NCBI GenBank assembly: GCA_900757905.1
Contig: CAAEPN010000130.1
Location: 1-46,916, forward strand
DNA length: 46,916 nt
Reading direction: 5' to 3'
Origin: Clostridia bacterium
Lineage (GTDB): Bacteria; Bacillota; Clostridia; Oscillospirales; CAG-382
Part shown: positions 9,253 to 17,961 of the stretch, in pieces
Numbering within the stretch: position 1 is the first letter of the stretch
Layout of the letters: each line of letters starts with the position of its first letter
Notes under the pieces: model-generated
What the model saw: the letters and a program-made list of their open reading frames with translations, nothing else
What the model was told of the DNA's origin: nothing
Database searches by the model: none
Made by a program: the position numbers and the translations under genes

Positions 9253-10284
9253 TTGATTTTTTTGCCGAACGGACAAAAAATAATAACCTTTGCCATTCCC
9301 TGCTACAACTCGGCAGACTATATGGATAAATGCGTGGAATCGCTGCTTCATGCCGGCGACGACACGGAAATCATTTTGATTGACGACGGCTCGACCGACC
9401 GCACGCCGGAAATTGCCGACGCTTACGCCGAAAAATATCCCGAAAAGATCCGCGTGATTCATCAGGAAAACGGCGGTCACGGCGAGGGCGTCAACCAAGG
9501 ACTTCGACACGCGTCGGGTCTGTTCTACAAGGTAGTCGATTCGGACGACCGGTTAGACCCGGCAGCGCTTGAAAAGCTGCTCTGCCGCATGCGTGAGCAT
9601 ATCGCCGAAAACAAGATGGTGGATATGTATGTCTGCAACTATGTTTACGACCATTGGGACGGTTCGGAACGCAAGGTCATGCGCTACAACAACGTGTTTC
9701 CCGAAGAAAAGATTGTCACATGGGACGATACGCGCCGCTTTTTAGTCACTCAATATCTCATGATGCATTCGGTCATCTACCGGACGGAATTCTTGCGCGG
9801 CTGCGGCATTACGCTGCCCAAGCACACGTTTTATGTAGACAATTTATATATGTATCAGCCGTTTCCGTATGTGAAGAGCCTATACTATATGAATCTCGAC
9901 TTATATCTGTACTTTATCGGGCGTGCCGACCAATCGGTCACCGAGCAGAATGTCATCAAGCGCATTGACCAACAGCTTCGCGTGACGCGCCTTATGCTCG
10001 ACTGTCACGATCTGAACAAGGTGGAAAAGCAAAGCAAGCGCTTATATTCGTACATGATTCACGAAATGGCGCTTATGGTATGCATTTCCTCGATTTTTCT
10101 ATACAAATCGGGTACAGAAGAAAATTTCCAAAAAGCAAAAGACCTTTGGGCGTACATAAAAGCGAAAGACATACGCACCTACCGGAAATTACGCTACACC
10201 ACCATGTGCGCGCTCATGCTCCTTGGACGGCACTTTTCAGTAACAGTCTACTCGGTCGCACGGAAAGTGTTTCGTTTTAATTAG
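9253..10284 (+). CDS. family 2 glycosyltransferase
   Basis: TTG start. Motifs: ITFAIPCYNSADYMDKCVESLL, ILIDDGSTDRT, VVDSDD (DxD). Directly downstream of glf. Confidence 0.8.
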   Translation: MIFLPNGQKIITFAIPCYNSADYMDKCVESLLHAGDDTEIILIDDGSTDRTPEIADAYAEKYPEKIRVIHQENGGHGEGVNQGLRHASGLFYKVVDSDDRLDPAALEKLLCRMREHIAENKMVDMYVCNYVYDHWDGSERKVMRYNNVFPEEKIVTWDDTRRFLVTQYLMMHSVIYRTEFLRGCGITLPKHTFYVDNLYMYQPFPYVKSLYYMNLDLYLYFIGRADQSVTEQNVIKRIDQQLRVTRLMLDCHDLNKVEKQSKRLYSYMIHEMALMVCISSIFLYKSGTEENFQKAKDLWAYIKAKDIRTYRKLRYTTMCALMLLGRHFSVTVYSVARKVFRFN

Positions 10285-10292
10285 TGTTTTTG

Positions 10293-10325
10293 CGGTGTGA
10301 AGAAAGCTGTCTTCACACCGTTTTT
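10293..10325 (+). terminator. intrinsic terminator after the GT2 gene
   Basis: 10-bp stem cggtgtgaag/cttcacaccg, 8-nt loop, then ttttt. Confidence 0.8.
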
Positions 10326-10336
10326 GCAGTCTATGC

Positions 10337-10365
10337 TTGACAATATTTTGAAATTTGTGTATAAT
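10337..10365 (+). promoter_or_regulatory. sigma-A type promoter of the permease gene
   Basis: TTGACA (10337-10342), 17 bp, TATAAT (10360-10365). Confidence 0.7.
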
Positions 10366-10408
10366 AGCTCACACATGAATACTGATACCGACAAGAAGGA
10401 TTCGTCTT

Positions 10409-11551
10409 ATGTTCAAACGCACTCCGGCAAAAAAATCGCTTGCAGAGCTCACCTTATTTTTCCGAAAAAACACCGTTATGGTCATCGCGCTTCTTGCGGC
10501 GCTTATCACCATGTTTATCGTGCCGCCGGATAAAACGTATGCGTCCTACTTCGATTACAAAACGCTTGCCTGTCTGTTTTGTGTGCTTGCAACGGTATGT
10601 GCATTAAAGAATATCCGTTTTTTCTATCTGCTTGCGCGCAAGATCGTCCGTTTGGCCGGGAATGCAAGGGCGGGTGTGTTGGCGCTTGTCTATATCACCT
10701 TTATCGGGTCTATGCTCATTGCAAACGATATGGCTTTACTTACGTTTTTGCCGCTTGGCTACTACACGCTAAGCACCTGCGGCAAACAAAAATACATGGC
10801 GTTCACCTTTATTATGCAAAACATTGCCGCCAATCTCGGCGGAATGCTGACCCCGTTCGGAAATCCGCAGAATCTGTATCTTTACACGAAATTTGACATA
10901 CCAAACCTCGAATTTCTTCGTATCATGGCGCCGCCGTTTACGTTCTCGGTTTTGCTGATAACGCTGTGCTGCATTCTTTTTGTCAAGCCGGAAAAGCTTG
11001 AATGGGAGGAAGAGAGCGTCCTGTTAAGCGCACCGCGAACCGTGTTGTACCTTGCGCTTTTTGCACTGTCAATTGCCATCGTATTTCGCGGAATTCCCTA
11101 TCTCATCGGACTTATCTTAATTCCTGCCGTACTTTTCCTTGCCGACCGCAAGGCACTTAAAATGGTAGACTACCCCTTGCTTTTAACCTTTGTATTCTTC
11201 TTTATTTTTGCAGGAAATATGGCGCGTATTGAGGCTGTCCGAGCATTCTTTTCTTGGTTTTTAAACAAAAATACGCTGATTTTCAGTGCGCTTTCCTGTC
11301 AGTGTATCAGCAATGTTCCGTCGGCAATTCTGCTTTCTCAGTTTACCGAAAACTATGCCGATCTTCTTGTGGGCGTCAACATCGGCGGTGTAGGAACACT
11401 GATCGCGTCGCTGGCCAGCCTTATCACGTTTCGGGAATATGTGGCGCACAATCCGCATAAGGCCGGAAAATACGTCGCCGAATTTTCCGTTTTTAACTTT
11501 ACTTTTTTGTTCCTTTTAATCGGATTTATGCTGCTTTTGAAAATCGGATAA
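10409..11551 (+). CDS. anion permease of the ArsB/NhaD (YbiR/citrate-transporter-like) superfamily
   Basis: 380-aa polytopic ORF with the FGNPQNLYLY motif characteristic of this superfamily. AAGAAGGA RBS. Confidence 0.65.
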   Translation: MFKRTPAKKSLAELTLFFRKNTVMVIALLAALITMFIVPPDKTYASYFDYKTLACLFCVLATVCALKNIRFFYLLARKIVRLAGNARAGVLALVYITFIGSMLIANDMALLTFLPLGYYTLSTCGKQKYMAFTFIMQNIAANLGGMLTPFGNPQNLYLYTKFDIPNLEFLRIMAPPFTFSVLLITLCCILFVKPEKLEWEEESVLLSAPRTVLYLALFALSIAIVFRGIPYLIGLILIPAVLFLADRKALKMVDYPLLLTFVFFFIFAGNMARIEAVRAFFSWFLNKNTLIFSALSCQCISNVPSAILLSQFTENYADLLVGVNIGGVGTLIASLASLITFREYVAHNPHKAGKYVAEFSVFNFTFLFLLIGFMLLLKIG

Positions 11552-11556
11552 GCTCT

Positions 11557-11594
11557 AAAAAGCGCTGTGTCTTTTTTAAGACACAGCGCTTTTG
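11557..11594. terminator. bidirectional intrinsic terminator
   Basis: 13-bp stem agcgctgtgtctt/aagacacagcgct with loop tttt, flanked by an A-run and a T-run. Sits between the convergent permease and murE-fusion genes. Confidence 0.85.
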
Positions 11595-11607
11595 TACAGT
11601 AAAATAA

Positions 11608-13974
11608 CTAACCTTTAGCCGAAATGGTCGTACCGATCTTTCCTTTTGTAATAAAATAGGAGATCAGATTATAGCGCACGCTTCCGTTGACGATAGCCAC
11701 TTCGGAAACGCCGTTTTGCACAGAGTTAATGCAGTTTCTTAGTTTCGGCATCATGCCGCCGTCGATAAAGCCGTTTTCGATAAGATCCTTTGCCTTATCC
11801 ACCGAAAGCGTGTTGACAAGCGTATCGGCATTGTTGACGTCGAGCAAGATTCCGTCCACGTCGGTCAAAAACATGAGCGTATCGGCGTTAAGCGCTTCGG
11901 CAACGGCAAATGCCGCGTCATCGGCGTTGACATTGAGCGTTTCGCCCTTATCCGATGAAGAAACGGGCGAAACCACCGGCAGAAAGCCGTTTTCCAATAA
12001 CAGCTCCAATATCTTCGGTTCGACCTTGTCTACTTTTCCGACATAGCCGATATCGCCCTCCGGAATGGTCTTGCGCACGGCCGTAATAAGATTTCCGTCC
12101 TTGCCGGAAAGACCGCAGGCATTCAGATTTTCATCTTTGAGTCCCTGCACAATGGCCTTATTGACCTTGCCGGAAAGTATTTCCTCGACAATGCCGATAG
12201 CGTCTTTTCCGGTTACGCGATAGCCGCCCTTGAATTCCGGCACAATGCCGTTTTTCTTCAAGGCCGCCGAAATGGCTTTGCCGCCGCCATGCACAAGCAC
12301 GACCTTTGCGCCCACCATTTTGAGCATTTCGATATCTTCGTAGAGATTTTTTAACGCACTTTCGCTTTCCATAATGCTGCCGCCAAGCTTGATGAGAACC
12401 GTCTTGCCAAACAGCTTGCGGAAAGCCGGAAGTACGCTTTGGAAGCCGCTGATCTTTTCCGACGCGTCGATCTTGTGCTCCACGTCGTACTCTTTTAAGT
12501 ATTTTTTCGTATATTCCACATCGGTTTCGCAGGGCACATATTTTGTACCGCGCTTTTGTCTGGTTTCGTTGCCTTTGCCGGTCACAAGAACAACCGTTTC
12601 ACGTCCGGCCGACAAAATCGCCTTGCGGATGGCCTCGCCTCTGTCCGGTTCGATCTCATAGGCGCAGCCTTGGGAAGCCACATGCTCGGCAATCTGCTTG
12701 CATATCTGCATAAGCGGCTCTTCGCCGGGATCTTCCTCAGTGATGTAGACATAGTCGGAATATTTTCCGGCAAGCTCGCCAAGATCCTTTCTTCGCTGAA
12801 ACGCCTTGCCGCCCGGACAGCCGAACACCGTGACAATGCGTCTGCCGGGAAATTCCTTGGTTACCGAATCGTATAAGCACTCAAAGCTGAGCTTGTTGTG
12901 GGCGTAATCGACAATCGTCACAATTTTATTGTCGCTGTTGGTATAGCTTTCCATGCGTCCGGAGGAACGCGCTTTCATAAGTCCCACATACACAAAGTGC
13001 TTCGGAATGCCGAGTAACAGACACACGCTGATTGCGGCAAGCGCGTTCTGTACGTTGAAAAGGCCGGGAATGGTGAGCGTAAACTCTTCGGAATACTCCG
13101 GCGTGCGGACATGAAAGACCGTATCGTTGCCGGATTTTCGGATATTGTAGGCGTATACATCGGCTTTTTCATCGGTTGTCGAGAAGGTTATCACCTTTTC
13201 GCAGACACTCGCCGCTTGAAGCACCTCGTCACGGCGCAGCGTATCAAGGCTCACACAAGCGCGCTTGCAATGGGAGAACAGCTTCATTTTCGAAGCAAAA
13301 TAGTCGTCAAAATCCGGATGCTCCACCGCGCTGATGTGATCCTCGCCGATGTTTAAGTACACGCCGATATCAAAGCCGACGCCATACACGCGGTCATATT
13401 TGAGCGCTTGGGAGGATACCTCCATAACAAGATACGGAATTTTCGCGTTTACGGCATTGGAAAAGTGTTTATACAGCTCTCCTGCTTCGGGCGTTGTAAG
13501 GTGCGACTCAAATTTTTCCGTGCCGTCATAGGTATCAATAGAAGAAATATAGGCGCAGGACGGCTTTTTCTCACTTTTCAGATATTCGTCAAGTATGTAT
13601 TTGATAAAATAAGTCGTGGTGGATTTTCCCTTTGTGCCGGTAATACCGATAAGGTCGATGTTCTTCCACACGCTGTCGTAAAAATAGTCGAATACGACCG
13701 CCATAGCGCGGCGAATATCGCTTACCAGAATACAGTCTGCGTCTACGGCATATTCGGTTTCCGAAAGGTAGCAAAACGCGCCGTGTGAGAGCGCTTCGCT
13801 TAAGTATTCCTCTTTAAAGTGAGCGCCTTTGCAGATAAAAAGCGTATTTTTTCCGGCTTCCTTGGAATTGTAGGTAACATTTTCCACGGCGGCGGACGGT
13901 TCCGCAAGATTCAGCTTTTCAATAAGACTGTTTTTACAAAGAAGCGTTACATAGTCGTTTAACGTATGTTTCAT
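11608..13974 (-). CDS. murE: fusion protein: Lys-type UDP-MurNAc-L-Ala-D-Glu--L-amino-acid ligase (MurE) fused to an acetylglutamate kinase-like (ArgB/AAK) domain
   Basis: 788 aa. Residues 1-~495 resemble streptococcal/enterococcal-type MurE: GITGTKGKSTT, LTTPE, MEVSSQA, LNIGEDHISAVEHPDFDDYFASKMKLF, and TEEDPGEE in place of the DAP-type DNPR. Residues ~500-788 form a complete amino-acid-kinase fold: GKTVLIKLGG, VLVHGGG, GGYRVT, LNVNADDAA, GGMMPK. There is one uninterrupted frame and no Met between LMQ (~aa 430) and the kinase N-terminus. Confidence 0.75.
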   Translation of the reverse strand: MKHTLNDYVTLLCKNSLIEKLNLAEPSAAVENVTYNSKEAGKNTLFICKGAHFKEEYLSEALSHGAFCYLSETEYAVDADCILVSDIRRAMAVVFDYFYDSVWKNIDLIGITGTKGKSTTTYFIKYILDEYLKSEKKPSCAYISSIDTYDGTEKFESHLTTPEAGELYKHFSNAVNAKIPYLVMEVSSQALKYDRVYGVGFDIGVYLNIGEDHISAVEHPDFDDYFASKMKLFSHCKRACVSLDTLRRDEVLQAASVCEKVITFSTTDEKADVYAYNIRKSGNDTVFHVRTPEYSEEFTLTIPGLFNVQNALAAISVCLLLGIPKHFVYVGLMKARSSGRMESYTNSDNKIVTIVDYAHNKLSFECLYDSVTKEFPGRRIVTVFGCPGGKAFQRRKDLGELAGKYSDYVYITEEDPGEEPLMQICKQIAEHVASQGCAYEIEPDRGEAIRKAILSAGRETVVLVTGKGNETRQKRGTKYVPCETDVEYTKKYLKEYDVEHKIDASEKISGFQSVLPAFRKLFGKTVLIKLGGSIMESESALKNLYEDIEMLKMVGAKVVLVHGGGKAISAALKKNGIVPEFKGGYRVTGKDAIGIVEEILSGKVNKAIVQGLKDENLNACGLSGKDGNLITAVRKTIPEGDIGYVGKVDKVEPKILELLLENGFLPVVSPVSSSDKGETLNVNADDAAFAVAEALNADTLMFLTDVDGILLDVNNADTLVNTLSVDKAKDLIENGFIDGGMMPKLRNCINSVQNGVSEVAIVNGSVRYNLISYFITKGKIGTTISAKG

Positions 13975-13992
13975 GATTCAAAACTCCGGTTT

Positions 13993-14721
13993 TTATTTTT
14001 GGAAATCGAATTCCGGCTTGAGTTTGCCGCCGCAAAGGCGAATGCATTTTTCGCAGAGCACATCGAGCGCGTCGAGATAAAAGCGGTCGAGCGCATGGTA
14101 GTTTTTAAAGCAGGACAGCTCGGTACACGCAAGAATTGCCGCTTCGCAGCCGTTTTTCTTCAAATACGTATCGATCTCGCCGAAATCGTCAATACTGCCC
14201 TTTTCGCCGGCCTTTATCTGGTCATAGATGATCTTCATAACCAATTTTTGCGTTCTTTCGTCCGGCGTCACACATTCAAGGCCGAGCTTTTCGCACTCTA
14301 TTTTATAGATTCCGGCATAGACTGTTCCGTCGGTGGCAAGAAGTCCCACTTTCTTTACAGAGGTATCCCTCTCCCGCACACGTTTTACCGCTTCGCGCAC
14401 CATGTGGATAATGGGAATGCTCACCTGCGCCTGCAATTCGTCGTAAAAATAGTGCGAAGTGTTGCAGGGAACGGCGATATAGTCCGCGCCGCAGCGTTCA
14501 AGCAGTTTTGCGTCCTCCGCAAGCAGTGAAAAGACCTTTTCGGTCTTTCCGGAGCGGATCGCCGCGGTGCGGTCAGGCATGGCGGCATGACTTAGGATGA
14601 TCATATCGATATGCTCTTGGTCACACCGTGCGTCGGTCATGGAAATGATCTTCTGATACATAAGTTCGGTTGCCTGCGGTCCCATGCCGCCGATAACGCC
14701 GAGTTTTCCCAATGCGCACAC
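13993..14721 (-). CDS. aspartate racemase (Asp/Glu/hydantoin racemase family)
   Basis: Motifs GVIGGMGPQAT and AVPCNTSH..., ACTELS (two catalytic Cys motifs). The true start is probably TTG at 14712, 8 nt after AAGGAG; the GTG at 14721 overlaps that RBS. Confidence 0.8.
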   Translation of the reverse strand: MCALGKLGVIGGMGPQATELMYQKIISMTDARCDQEHIDMIILSHAAMPDRTAAIRSGKTEKVFSLLAEDAKLLERCGADYIAVPCNTSHYFYDELQAQVSIPIIHMVREAVKRVRERDTSVKKVGLLATDGTVYAGIYKIECEKLGLECVTPDERTQKLVMKIIYDQIKAGEKGSIDDFGEIDTYLKKNGCEAAILACTELSCFKNYHALDRFYLDALDVLCEKCIRLCGGKLKPEFDFQK

Positions 14722-14724
14722 TCC

Positions 14725-15933
14725 TTATCTTCCCAAATACTTCTTGAACTTTACAAAATGGCCGAGCTGTGAGCGGATAAGCCGGAAAATGCGTTCCGGA
14801 TTATTGTCGCCCTTCATCCAAAGCGGATTGACATACTTGCCTTCCTTAATTAAGCGCTGCATACGCGCCTTGTAGGCCGGAGCATATTTGAAAGCAATCT
14901 CCTTGGGAACGACCATCCAAAGGTATTCGTTCTGCGCAATATCCTCCGGAATTTCATTTCCGTACACGTAATCCTCGACAAACAGCTTTGCCACGTTATG
15001 CCCCGAACCGGTCACATAGAAATTGCTTCTTCCCTGACGGGTATTGATCTCAAACGCACGGTATCTTCCGTCGCGCTTGTCAAGCTTGATATCGAAATTG
15101 GAAAAGCCGGTAAAATGGATGCTTTCGAGAAGCGTTTTGAACTTTTCCATAAGGTCTTTTTCATATTCGGTAATAATGACCGCGTGATTGCCGATTCCAT
15201 ACGGCGTATGCTCCTCCAAAAGAACATGTCCGAGGCACATCATCTTAACCTTGCCGTTACGGTCGGAATAGCTGGTAAGCACGCGCATATACGTGTCGTC
15301 ACCCGGCAGATAGTCTTGGATGATCATATGATCGCTGTAACCGGCTTCATAGACCTTTTTCACGGTCTCGGCAAGCTCAGCGCGCGTTTTTAATTTAAAG
15401 ACCTTCTTCTGGCCGTCAAATTTGTGCTTATAATATTCCACCTGATTGGCCGGCTTTAAAATATACGGCGAATCGAACGGGACTTCGAGATTCGTATAGT
15501 TTTCTGCCGTGCAGATATAGGTTTTGGGATAATCGATGCCGTGCTCCTTGCAAAGCTCATAGAATTTTTCCTTATCCATGAGATTTTCAAGAAAATCATA
15601 ATCGGCATACGGGCAAATGACGTTGGGTGGGAATTTGTCCCTATTCACGGCAAGGCACTTGACATAGTTGTCGCCGCAGCCGATAGCAAGAATCTTTTTA
15701 TCGGCATGCTCTGCGGCATACTTGCCAAGGACATCCAACAGCACTTCAGGCGTGTCCAAATTCTTTATTTCCGTAAAATCGACAAGCTTGCTCTTGTAGC
15801 AGGTGCCCATGAGCGCCTTGCCGAAAACGCGCGATTTCATCTTATATTCTTCATAAAATGCGCGTGCGACGCTGTATACGTTGATATCGTTTCCGAATAA
15901 AACCGGAATAAAATCCTTTTGCGTAAATTCCAT
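14725..15933 (-). CDS. ATP-grasp carboxylate-amine ligase, D-aspartate ligase (Asl)-like
   Basis: 402 aa. Motifs recalled from the enterococcal/lactococcal D-Asp ligase family: FIPVLFGNDINVY, GCGDNY, ICPYADYDF, FYELC, LKPANQVE, IIQDYLPGDD.YMRVL, GFSNFDIK.D.RDG.Y.AFEINTRQGRS. Immediately followed by an Asp racemase, as in asl-racD operons. Confidence 0.65.
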   Translation of the reverse strand: MEFTQKDFIPVLFGNDINVYSVARAFYEEYKMKSRVFGKALMGTCYKSKLVDFTEIKNLDTPEVLLDVLGKYAAEHADKKILAIGCGDNYVKCLAVNRDKFPPNVICPYADYDFLENLMDKEKFYELCKEHGIDYPKTYICTAENYTNLEVPFDSPYILKPANQVEYYKHKFDGQKKVFKLKTRAELAETVKKVYEAGYSDHMIIQDYLPGDDTYMRVLTSYSDRNGKVKMMCLGHVLLEEHTPYGIGNHAVIITEYEKDLMEKFKTLLESIHFTGFSNFDIKLDKRDGRYRAFEINTRQGRSNFYVTGSGHNVAKLFVEDYVYGNEIPEDIAQNEYLWMVVPKEIAFKYAPAYKARMQRLIKEGKYVNPLWMKGDNNPERIFRLIRSQLGHFVKFKKYLGR

Positions 15934-16002
15934 GACGGAAAACCGCCTTTCTTTTTTAACTTAAAAATACGCCTTGCAGCTTACCCTGTTCATGATAAGA
16001 TT

Positions 16003-16031
16003 ATTATAGTCTTTTGAAAGCAAAAATGCAA
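16003..16031 (-). promoter_or_regulatory. sigma-A type promoter of the asl-like/racemase/murE-fusion operon
   Basis: On the minus strand: TTGCAT (16031-16026), 17 bp, TATAAT (16008-16003). Confidence 0.7.
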
Positions 16032-16060
16032 GCGTATGCCCAATTGGTAACACATAATTA

Positions 16061-16103
16061 ACAAAAGGCGCTGTGAAGAAGCACAATGCTTTTCCACAGC
16101 GCC
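16061..16103 (-). terminator. intrinsic terminator after alr
   Basis: 9-bp stem ggcgctgtg/cacagcgcc (16067-16075 / 16095-16103), followed on the minus strand by ttttgt. Separates alr from the downstream operon. Confidence 0.65.
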
Positions 16104-16119
16104 CAAAGACTCTTAAGTT

Positions 16120-17286
16120 TCAAACTTTTCGTTCTTCATTTTCCGTTTCCAATTCACGATACACGCGCGGCACGCGAGCCGAAACCGCACACAATATCTC
16201 ATACGGAATGGTGTCCGCCCACGAGGCCACCTCTTCGGCCGATAAAAACGCCTCTGCGTCCGAACCGAATAATACCGCGTCGTCGCCAACCGCGGCCTCC
16301 GGGATGTCGGTCACATCCACCATAGCCATGTCCATGCAAATACGCCCCACAAGCGGCGCTTTTTTGCCGTGGCATAACACATATCCCTTTCCCGAAAGGC
16401 AGCGCTTGTAGCCGTCGGCATAGCCCGCGCCGATGACGGCGATACGCCGGTCGGAATCCGCTGTATAGGTGCAGCCGTAGCTGACGCTTTCGCCCTTTTT
16501 CAGGGCATGCACATTGATAACGCGCGTCTTAAAGGTCATAGCCGGCTTGCAGGCCGCGTCAAGGTTTCCGCAGCCGTAAAGCGTCACACCCATGCGCACC
16601 GCATCGAGGTGCATGTGCGGAAAATTCACGATTCCGGCGCTGTTGCAGATGTGGCGATAGGTCGGCTGAATGCCGAGCGCACGCAGCTTTTCGACCGTAT
16701 CGGTAAAACGCGCATACTGCATTTCGGTAAAATCCGCGCCGTCCGGTTCATCCGCAACGGCAAAATGCGAGAAAATGCCCTCACACACAAGGTTATCGTG
16801 GCTTCGGATAAGCGAAGCTGCCCGGACAAGCTCCGCGTCTAACGGTTGTTCCGGCGCGCTTTTTGCGGCAAAGCCGGTGCGGTTCATGCCGGTATCGAGC
16901 TTGATATGGATCTTTACGGTTCTGCCGTCCGCCGCCTGCAAGATTTTTTCCAAGTGCGCCACGGTATCGACCGCAAGCGAAATGCCGTTTTCGACGGCCT
17001 CCGGCAAAAATTCGTCCAATACAAAGCCGAGCACTAAAATCATGCCGTTTATGCCGCCTGTGCGAAGCTCGAGCGCTTCGTCAATATTGGACACGGTAAA
17101 AAGCTTACAGCCGACGCTTTCAAGCTTTTTGGCAACCGCAAGAGCGCCGTGACCGTAGGCGTCCGCCTTGACGACTGCCGCCACCTCGGCCGGTCTGCAC
17201 AAATCCGCCGTATGGCGGTAATTCGCGGCGATTGCCTCCAAATCGATGACGGCACGCGTTTTTTTGACGTCTGTATGATTAAGCAT
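16120..17286 (-). CDS. alr: alanine racemase
   Basis: 388 aa. PLP-lysine motif AVVKADAYGHG and C-terminal SYG..Y motifs. Conserved position after a ydcC-like lipoprotein gene. Confidence 0.9.
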   Translation of the reverse strand: MLNHTDVKKTRAVIDLEAIAANYRHTADLCRPAEVAAVVKADAYGHGALAVAKKLESVGCKLFTVSNIDEALELRTGGINGMILVLGFVLDEFLPEAVENGISLAVDTVAHLEKILQAADGRTVKIHIKLDTGMNRTGFAAKSAPEQPLDAELVRAASLIRSHDNLVCEGIFSHFAVADEPDGADFTEMQYARFTDTVEKLRALGIQPTYRHICNSAGIVNFPHMHLDAVRMGVTLYGCGNLDAACKPAMTFKTRVINVHALKKGESVSYGCTYTADSDRRIAVIGAGYADGYKRCLSGKGYVLCHGKKAPLVGRICMDMAMVDVTDIPEAAVGDDAVLFGSDAEAFLSAEEVASWADTIPYEILCAVSARVPRVYRELETENEERKV

Positions 17287-17317
17287 GGATTTCCTCTTTT
17301 CGTTTTGCTTGCGGAAA

Positions 17318-17941
17318 CTACATTTCGGTTCCCTTAAATTTCTTCATTTTGACCTCTGCCGCGCTTCCATCGTATTCGGCGCATATATCGAGCGGCGTTC
17401 CGGTCACGCTGTCATAAACGAGAATATACCGGACGTCGCCGCACAGAAATTCCGTTTGATACGCCTCGATCTCCCCAAGTCCCTCGACCGCATAGACCTC
17501 TTCACAGGGAACGAACGCGCTCCCGGGCGTTTTCTCGACAGCCGCCGCAACGCTGTCGGCGAACAACGACAGCATAAGATCCAGCTTATCGAGCGAATGC
17601 TTCGGCAATTCCGCCTTGATACCGGAATAGGACAGGCTGATGATATCCGCACGGTCATCTGCACCCATTTCAGCACTGACGCCGGTAAACGGGTCGGGCG
17701 AAGTGATGTCGATCCGGACGGTATCCGAGCGCGTCACATGAGCTGTTCCGGCCACCGATTCGCCGTCCTTTTCAAAGACAAACTCAATTTCGGCGGCATA
17801 GGGTGAAAACAGCGTTGTACATAAATTTTTTTTGCCGGTCGCGTCGGTACAGCCGACAGTCGGCAACAGCAAAAAAAGCATAAGCGCCGCGCATACACCG
17901 CGCACAAAGGAAGTTTTACGCCGGAGCGTCATGGTTTTCAA
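17318..17941 (-). CDS. lipoprotein, YdcC/LolA-like (hypothetical)
   Basis: Signal peptide with lipobox-like LPTVGC. ~200 aa. Located between nnr and alr, as ydcC is in Bacillus. Confidence 0.6.
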   Translation of the reverse strand: MKTMTLRRKTSFVRGVCAALMLFLLLPTVGCTDATGKKNLCTTLFSPYAAEIEFVFEKDGESVAGTAHVTRSDTVRIDITSPDPFTGVSAEMGADDRADIISLSYSGIKAELPKHSLDKLDLMLSLFADSVAAAVEKTPGSAFVPCEEVYAVEGLGEIEAYQTEFLCGDVRYILVYDSVTGTPLDICAEYDGSAAEVKMKKFKGTEM

Positions 17942-17961
17942 AGCAATTCCCCCAAATTAAA

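Noticed and set aside
14725-15933. The ATP-grasp enzyme as a graspetide (omega-ester peptide) ligase acting on the Thr/Ser/Asp-rich micro-ORF peptide
   Set aside because: It lies 8 kb away, in a tight operon with an Asp racemase and murE. Its motifs match the D-Asp ligase type rather than the RimK/MdnC type. No leader-binding context is present.
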